This document shows positions 57,764 through 64,000 of a DNA stretch of 64,000 bases, one piece after another. Source of the DNA: Rebecca billardiae RCC1528 (taxonomy: Eukaryota > Protista > Haptophyta); the NCBI GenBank assembly GCA_965240325.2, contig OZ251230.1:2108001-2172000 (forward strand). Reading direction: 5' to 3'. Below the pieces are notes generated by a model. That model worked only from the letters and a program-made list of their open reading frames with translations. It was not told the origin of the DNA and did no database searches. Made by a program: the position numbers and the translations under genes. Positions within the stretch are counted from its first letter, which is position 1, and each line of letters begins with the position of its first letter.

Positions 57764-58852
57764 CTACTCGCCCTCCTCGCCCTTCTCGCCACCCTTGGCG
57801 AAGTCAGACTCAAAGTAGAGCTGGTTGATAAGAACAGCAGCCGCGAGGAAGACTGACGTGTTGGCGTAGTTGACGCCTGGCGGCATGTCGAGCTTGAAGA
57901 TGTCCGCGTCGCCCGGCACGTCGAAGGGCTGTCGCGGTCGCCGGCGCGGGTGCAGGTGGAGGGTGTGAGCGTGAGCGCACGACTTTTCACAGCATATGCT
58001 CGCGCGCGGGGGCGGAGACGCGGGAGGGCCGGGTGGGGGGATGCTGCGAAGGGGTGGACGGACGCGGGGGCTCGCACCAAGGTGGGGAAATACTTGGTGA
58101 TCTCGCCCAGCTTGTCGTTGTCGCCCGCGAGGTAGATGTGGAACGGGGTGCGGCCGCAGCAGCCGGCGCCCGCGCAGCAGTTCACGCATGTGCCACAGCA
58201 GCACGTGGGCTGGTGGATGTCGTAGAGCTTGCGGTCGTTGGTGTCGAAGACGCCATAGGTGGGCACGCAGCAGTAGCACGTCTCGCGCACATAGCCCATC
58301 TCCTTGTCGTTCTGCACGTCCTCCACCCACACCACCTGGTAGCAGCACAGCTTGCATGGTGCTGGCATGGGACGCAGCGGGCGCCGCATCTTGAGGATCT
58401 CCGTGCCGCCCTTGTCCGCACCCCAGTGCGCGGTCGTCGTCCACGAGCGCTGGTTGCCGCAGCAGCTGCGTGCGGCGCGCGTTTCGCAAGCACCGCGGGC
58501 AACGCATCGTGTCAACACAAGGCACGCGCTGCATGGGCGCGGCGAGGGACATTCGAACTGTCACGCGGGCGCCGCGCGCGCACAAGCGGACGAACGGGTT
58601 GGAATCCTCCTTGATGTAGAGGTAGTCTTTGCTGCTGCCAATGCCCGTGCCCAGCCGGAACTCGGACTCGGCCGCGCAGCAGCCGCAGCACCACTCCTGG
58701 CAGCAGCCCCTGCGCGTCTGCTTGAGCCACATCTTGTCCTGCTTCTCAAAGACGCGGATCATCTCGTTGGGGCTCGCGTCCGCATCGTTGCCCGAGCGGG
58801 CCTTGTCGGCGAGCAGCTCGCCCTCGGTCGAAGCGCCGCAGATGTTTCCCAT
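57764..58852 (-). CDS. Cys-rich phospholipid scramblase-like protein, paralogue 2; exons 58852-58584, 58465-58078, 57928-57764
   Basis: Shares MGNICG..EGELLADKA, EMIRVFEKQD, PTCCCG and FLAAAVLINQLYFE with paralogue 1. Confidence 0.85.
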   Translation of the reverse strand: MGNICGASTEGELLADKARSGNDADASPNEMIRVFEKQDKMWLKQTRRGCCQEWCCGCCAAESEFRLGTGIGSSKDYLYIKEDSNPFVRLCARGARVTVRMSLAAPMQRVPCVDTMRCPRCLRNARRTQLLRQPALVDDDRALGCGQGRHGDPQDAAPAASHASTMQAVLLPGGVGGGRAERQGDGLCARDVLLLRAHLWRLRHQRPQALRHPPAHVLLWHMRELLRGRRLLRPHPVPHLPRGRQRQAGRDHQVFPHLGASPRVRPPLRSIPPPGPPASPPPRASICCEKSCAHAHTLHLHPRRRPRQPFDVPGDADIFKLDMPPGVNYANTSVFLAAAVLINQLYFESDFAKGGEKGEEGE

Positions 58853-59605
58853 CGCTGCCGAGTCGCGCGGCCAATATCGAGCGCGGCGCGGCGCTGTCCG
58901 AAATGGACCTGGTTGTCGGCTCTCCTTGCAAAGCAAAGCGGTGCACCGACGTGCCGAAGCCTGTTGCGAGTCGCAGCGCAGGGTTCCCAGGACAACTTCG
59001 AACGCGAGGTCGACTGGGGTCGTAGTTGGGGCGAACGGCGAGTCACGACCGCTTCTTGCCTGCTTCCTCACTTCAAGGCCACGATACGGCCCTTGCCCCG
59101 ACAGTTCCGACGCGGCGAAGCCCAGTTTTGACTAACGCGAGAAATGCGAGCGGCTCGCAAAATACGAGCGCACCCATTTTCGGTGGGGCGGGTAACGACG
59201 CCTGTAACCGTCGTGATGACGACGACGGTCGTGACTCGTGACCGCCACGCCGTGACAGGACCATGAGCACAGCGTGAGCTGCTGGAGCGAGATCCACCTG
59301 CAAAGGCGGAGTGCCGGGATTTGACAGCCGGCTCTCGCAGCATCATCGCGCTGCACTGCGCCTGCGGCGGCGCACGGGCCCGCCGCGCATCGTCAGCCAG
59401 CCCCGGGCAGCCGGCCACCGGCCCGCACCCGCACCGCTCGGGCGCTGACCGTCCGCTCACTCCGCAGGCGGCGGCTTGGTGCCGTTACGGCCCCGGTACC
59501 GGGCTGAACCGGACCGAACGGCTGGGGTGTTTGCGGGCTGTTTCGGTGTCCCAAAGTAACGTACTGGCACCCATACGCCAGGGCCTGGCATCACAACATC
59601 GGCCA

Positions 59606-61633
59606 TCATCGGGCATCAGGCGCGGATCGGCTCCTGCTGTCAGAATCGACGGGCTCACTTTCCGCATCAGGCTTGATCATGTCGCCTGAGGCGTGCACTG
59701 CTGCGCCGAGGCCGCCTTCGGGGCCGGGCGCCGCGTCAGTCTCATCCTCGTCGTCCTCGTCGTCGTCCTCGTCGTCGTCGTCCCACTCCTCGTCCTCCTC
59801 GCCGTCCTCGTCGAATCCCTGCCCGTCTTCGTCCTCGTCGTCCTCGTCGCTGTCGAGCGCGAGCAGCGCCTCCGCCTCCGCTCGCGCTTTGCCACGGACG
59901 AGACAGGTCCACTCCGGCTGGTTGACGTCGAGCTTGCCCATGTTGAGGCACCACAGGTCGTCAAGCGTCACCTCCGCCGCGCCCTGCTCGTACAGCCCGC
60001 CGTACAGGTAGAGCATGGTGCCGCGCGTGGCGCACAGCGCGTTCATGCGCGCGCACGGCGGCTCGAGGCCGGGCGCGGGCGCGCCGGCGCCGCCCGCGCT
60101 GTCCTCGGGCTCAGCGCCATCGTCCTCGTTCAGGCGGCGCTCTCGCCGCCCGCGCCTGCCGCCCGTGTCCATGAGGAGATCACCGAGCTGCTCGGAGAGC
60201 TCCTCGTCCTTCGCGGAGGCAGCGCCATCCGCGCGCGCCCCGCTCGCTCCGGCGGCCAGTGCGGCCGCGCCGTTGGTGCCGCTGGTGCCGCCCTGCCCAG
60301 GCGCCTCGTGCTCGCGCGTCGCGCCGCTGCCCGCCTTCTCCGACGGGCCGAACCAGCGGCCGCTCTCGAGCGAGTACACGTGCAGGTCGTTGAAGAAGTG
60401 CGAGCTGAGCGCCTCCGAGTCCGTCGCCTCCTCGTCGTGCACGCCGCCGAAGCAAATGAGCCGCTGCCGCGCCGCATCGAGCGCCATCGCAAAGCCCGAG
60501 CGCTGCGAGGGCGGTCGGCCGGACCGCTTGGCCGTCTGCCACGCGCCCCGCGCAGAGTCGAAGACCCACATGTCCTTGAACTCGTGGCCCACCTCGAGCC
60601 CGTCGTCGTCGGCCGCGCTCGCGCTCGCGCTCGCGCCGCCCCCGCCCTTGGGCGCGTGCTGGTTGAACTGGCGCATCACCGCCTTCTTCTTGAAGTAGCC
60701 GCCAAACACAATCAGCGCGTCGCCGCACGTGACCAGCTGGTGGCCCGAGCGCGGCTGCGGCACGCTCGAGCCGGGCTCGACGGGCACCTTCGACCACTTG
60801 TACAGCGAGAGGTCGAAGAGGTGTAGGTCGTTGTAGTACTTCACGTCGCGCAGGTTGTCGAAGAAGCCGCCGAACACGGCGAGCTTGTCGCGCAGCAGCG
60901 CCATGCGGTGGCCGGAGCGCGCGGACGGGCCGCCCTTGGCGTCCACCTGCCACGCGGCGCGGCGGCGGGCAGCGCGCGCCGGCGCGGCCGGTGGTGAGCC
61001 GAGCCCCCGGCGACCGGTGCCAGCGAGCACGTGCGCCCGCCCGCTGCGCGCGCGCGCGCCGAGGGGCGCGCGCGCATCCGGCGCGTGCGCGCCGGCGCGC
61101 ACCTTGGCCCACTCCATGCTGGTGAGGTCGAGCTGCCACAGGTCCTTGTAGTGGTAGAACTGCGACTGCGTGGGCGAGGAGTACTCGCCGCCGAAGACAA
61201 AGACGGACGGGGGGTCGCTCGCCACGGCGACGGCCTGGTGCGACGCCCGGGGCGGCGGGCACGGGCTCGAGATGACCAGCCGCCACTCCAGCCGCTTCAG
61301 GTTGAAGCGGTACAGCTCGTCGAAGAGCGTCGCGCGCTTGCCGTCAAAGATCTCGCCGCCAAACAGCAGCAGCTCGTCCTTCGTCGGGTGCGCGGTGAGC
61401 GAGGCGTTGCACCGCGCGGACGGCGGCTCCACCACCTCCTCGCGCACCTCGGCCTTCGGCTTGGACGCGTAGCGCTCGATCAGCGTGCTGAGCTCCTCCT
61501 CCTCCGCGCGGTCTGCGCGCCGCCGCTCTTCCTTGGACGCGTTCTTCTGCGACTTGGCCGCTGTCTTGACGGCGCCCTTGCCTCGGCGCTCCTCGCGCTT
61601 GGCCTTCGCGGCCTTGGTGTCGCGCTTGCCCAT
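59606..61633 (-). CDS. KLHDC4: Kelch-domain protein KLHDC4-like; exons 61633-61103, 60946-59606
   Basis: MGK..K-rich N-terminus, PPSARCNASL, ELLLFGGE, FGGEYSSPTQSQFYHYKDLW, PSARSGHRM, acidic C-terminal tract; in-frame 156-nt intron 61102-60947. Confidence 0.92.
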   Translation of the reverse strand: MGKRDTKAAKAKREERRGKGAVKTAAKSQKNASKEERRRADRAEEEELSTLIERYASKPKAEVREEVVEPPSARCNASLTAHPTKDELLLFGGEIFDGKRATLFDELYRFNLKRLEWRLVISSPCPPPRASHQAVAVASDPPSVFVFGGEYSSPTQSQFYHYKDLWQLDLTSMEWAKVRAGAHAPDARAPLGARARSGRAHVLAGTGRRGLGSPPAAPARAARRRAAWQVDAKGGPSARSGHRMALLRDKLAVFGGFFDNLRDVKYYNDLHLFDLSLYKWSKVPVEPGSSVPQPRSGHQLVTCGDALIVFGGYFKKKAVMRQFNQHAPKGGGGASASASAADDDGLEVGHEFKDMWVFDSARGAWQTAKRSGRPPSQRSGFAMALDAARQRLICFGGVHDEEATDSEALSSHFFNDLHVYSLESGRWFGPSEKAGSGATREHEAPGQGGTSGTNGAAALAAGASGARADGAASAKDEELSEQLGDLLMDTGGRRGRRERRLNEDDGAEPEDSAGGAGAPAPGLEPPCARMNALCATRGTMLYLYGGLYEQGAAEVTLDDLWCLNMGKLDVNQPEWTCLVRGKARAEAEALLALDSDEDDEDEDGQGFDEDGEEDEEWDDDDEDDDEDDEDETDAAPGPEGGLGAAVHASGDMIKPDAESEPVDSDSRSRSAPDAR

Positions 61634-61875
61634 CGGCGTGCGCTCGGGTACCCCGGTCACCCCGAGCCACGCGCGTCGCCAGCGCGGCCCCCGCTCCCCG
61701 AGGTCCGCGTGGCCGTGATGATCTCGCGCGCGGATGCAGCACGCCAATGCACGATGGCGCCCTCCGTGACGCCCACCGGAAAGTCAGCAAAGCCGGCAAA
61801 GCTCACAAACTCGCGGCCGCTTGTAGTAATATTCGCGCGCGCTCGTCGCGCGAGTGGCACGCCCGCGCCGACCTG

Positions 61876-63277
61876 ATGGCGGCTACGCGGTGTTGCCGCC
61901 TGGCTTGGTGCCTCAGCAACGACCCTTGTGGGCTCGTCTGCGCGTTCATGACGCATGGTCTGGTCCGTTTGCGCCACATGCGACACGCCGGGCGTGGCGC
62001 GCCCACAGCCCGCGCCGCGATCCCGTGTGACGCACGCGCGCGCCTGCGTGTTCCGCGCCCGTGCAGATTGTGTACGCCAACTTTGCGATTCTATATGGCG
62101 TGCTCTTGCCCTGGTACAGCTGGACGGCGCCTGCCGTGCTGCACTACACCATCTTCGCGATCATATCCGCCTTGGCCATGCTCTCGCACCTGCGCGCCAT
62201 GACGACAAACCCCGGCGCGGTGCCGCTCCAGTGCCCGCTGCCCCCGCACGTGGTGCGCACGCGCCCGCGGCTGGGGTGGCGCGCACGCGCGCGCTTGCGG
62301 CGGCGACTGGGCGGCGGCCTCGCTCGTCGCACAGCCCCCAACCGCCCTCCCCGCCCTCCACCGTCGCCCCTCTCACAGGACGAGAGCCGGAGTCACGTGC
62401 CCATGTGCCACCGATGCGACGGCTACAAGCCGCCGCGCGCACACCACTGCTCGCAGTGCAATCGGTGCATCTTCAAGATGGACCACCACTGCCCATGGGT
62501 GAACAACTGCGTCGGACACAACAACCAGAAGCACTTCATCCTCTTCCTGTGCTACACGCTCACGCTCTCGGCGTACGCGCTCACGCTGCTCGCGATGCGC
62601 GCCGCCTCGTCGATGTCGCAGCTCGAGTCCGCCACGCGCACGCGCAATCGGCCAGCCGCGCTGCTCAGGCCAGCGCACGGCTCGGGAGGGGGGTCGCGCG
62701 CGGCGGGCGATGACGCGGCAGCCGTCTTCATGAATTGTATGCTCTTCTTCGAGGTGCGCGCGCGCGCGCGCGCGCGCGCGCGCGCGCGCGCCGAGCCCAG
62801 CCGCGCTGAGGACGGCGCGAGCGCCGCGCCGCGCCGCGCGCGTCGTGCGCGCAGGCCATCCTGTTTGGCCTCTTCACGGCGGCCATGCTCACCGACCAGC
62901 TCACGTCGATCCTCAACGACACGACGGCGATCGAGCGCCTGAAGAAGGAGGACCGCGACCGCGTGCCGCACGCCTCGTGCCTGTACGCCCTCTCGGAGAC
63001 CTTCGGCCGGCCGTGCTCGCTGCTCTGGCTGGTGCCCACGTCCGTCAAGTTCAACGGCCTCACGTACGAGCAGCTGAGCGCGCCGGAGATGGGCGCGGGC
63101 TACTACGAGTTCCTCAGCGACGCCGGGCACGTCGCGCCCATGGGGCACGACTCGGATGGAGGCAGGAGCGACGACTACTCGTGCGCCGATGAGCGAGACG
63201 CGGAGCTCCTGCACGTCACAGATGCGCTCTCGCCCCGACATGCTGCGCAGTTCGCAGCAAACGACGTGATGTCCTGA
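61876..63277 (+). CDS. DHHC palmitoyltransferase (ZDHHC3/7-like); exons 61876-61962, 62067-62252, 62379-62753, 62855-63277
   Basis: [71 protein letters not shown]. Confidence 0.93.
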
Positions 63278-63798
63278 CAGATGCCGTGCCGCGTGGTCAC
63301 GCACGCCTTGACGGCCAGATCCGCCGCGCACAGCGCCTCACCCAGCGGCAGACGCGAGCCCGGCCGAGCATTGGCAACGTGCGTTCTGGCCTGACTCGGA
63401 CAAGGCCCGCACCGCTCGTCCCCGAGCGAACCGAGCGGCATCGTTACTTGTCACGCACTCGACTGCGCTGGCGTTCCAACGGAAACCGGAGTCGGCCCGA
63501 GGCCGGACCCGCCGCACCGGCACGGACAGACGGTCCGGATCCGGTCCCGGAGTCCGTCGTCAAGCGCACGACTATGGTCGCGAGGACGTACGTTTGGCTC
63601 AGCAGGACGACGGTCGCCTCATACGGCGATATACAGATCAGATGCCGTAATACGCTTACACACGATGACGCGCGCGCTAGCATACCATCCACGGATTGCG
63701 GCCGCTCTCTCCTGTCTCCACTCTCCACGGACCACGCGGACGTCACCGGGGGCAGAGAGTCTGCCAATGGACGAAGGATACGTACTGTACGGTCCGCG

Positions 63799-64000
63799 TC
63801 ACTGCCCATTCAGTGTGTTGACGAGCCAGTCGAGCCCATCGTACAGCCCGTCGCCCTTGATGGCCGACGTCTTGAAGATAGCCCACTGCCGGTTTTTCAG
63901 TCCGGCGAGCCCGAGCTGCTCAGCGATCTCTTCTTGCTTGAGGGCATTTGGCAGGTCCTGCTTGTTGGCAAAGACGACCAGCGCAGTGTCCTTGAGCTCC
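63799..64000 (-). CDS. ARL1: ARF-like GTPase ARL1, 3' end only (runs off the window)
   Basis: Reverse-strand translation ELKDTALVVFANKQDLPNALKQEEIAEQLGLAGLKNRQWAIFKTSAIKGDGLYDGLDWLVNTLNGQ*. Confidence 0.85.
   Translation of the reverse strand, partial: ELKDTALVVFANKQDLPNALKQEEIAEQLGLAGLKNRQWAIFKTSAIKGDGLYDGLDWLVNTLNGQ

Overview
Gene-dense, very GC-rich eukaryotic nuclear DNA with short GT-AG introns (mostly 83-156 nt, one 259 nt, usually GTGCGC donors). A lumen-targeted PsbQ-like gene with an N-terminal targeting presequence points to an alga. A haptophyte of the Pavlovales type is my inference from GC content and intron style, not a database result. About 25 protein genes can be supported: DUS3, SNIP1/FHA, an FHA-coiled-coil protein, a FABP-like protein, a large PHD-Tudor-SET chromatin protein, a DUF3506/EXECUTER-like domain protein, FATP, ATP6AP2-like, an EF-hand-like protein, a beta-lactamase-fold/ShKT fusion, a RING protein, ARL3-like, SAMHD1-like, pelota, PPIL4/CYP59, an MFS transporter, PsbQ-like, two scramblase paralogues, KLHDC4, a DHHC palmitoyltransferase and the ARL1 3' end. 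Many sit in very tight head-to-head pairs. Intergenic DNA is AT-richer and holds microsatellites and at least three TIR transposon families. The most notable observations are: (1) a SET methyltransferase domain split by an insertion carrying two Tudor-like reader domains; (2) a serine beta-lactamase-fold enzyme with two ShKT domains inserted between its catalytic motifs; (3) a 1.28-kb TIR element with a 4-bp TSD carrying a spliced unknown gene; (4) a TA-CAGT MITE family whose copies decay by short insertions, together with many TACAGTA/TACTGTA footprint-like heptamers; (5) microsatellite-anchored elements and an 86-bp near-perfect palindrome. All gene models and counts were made by eye.
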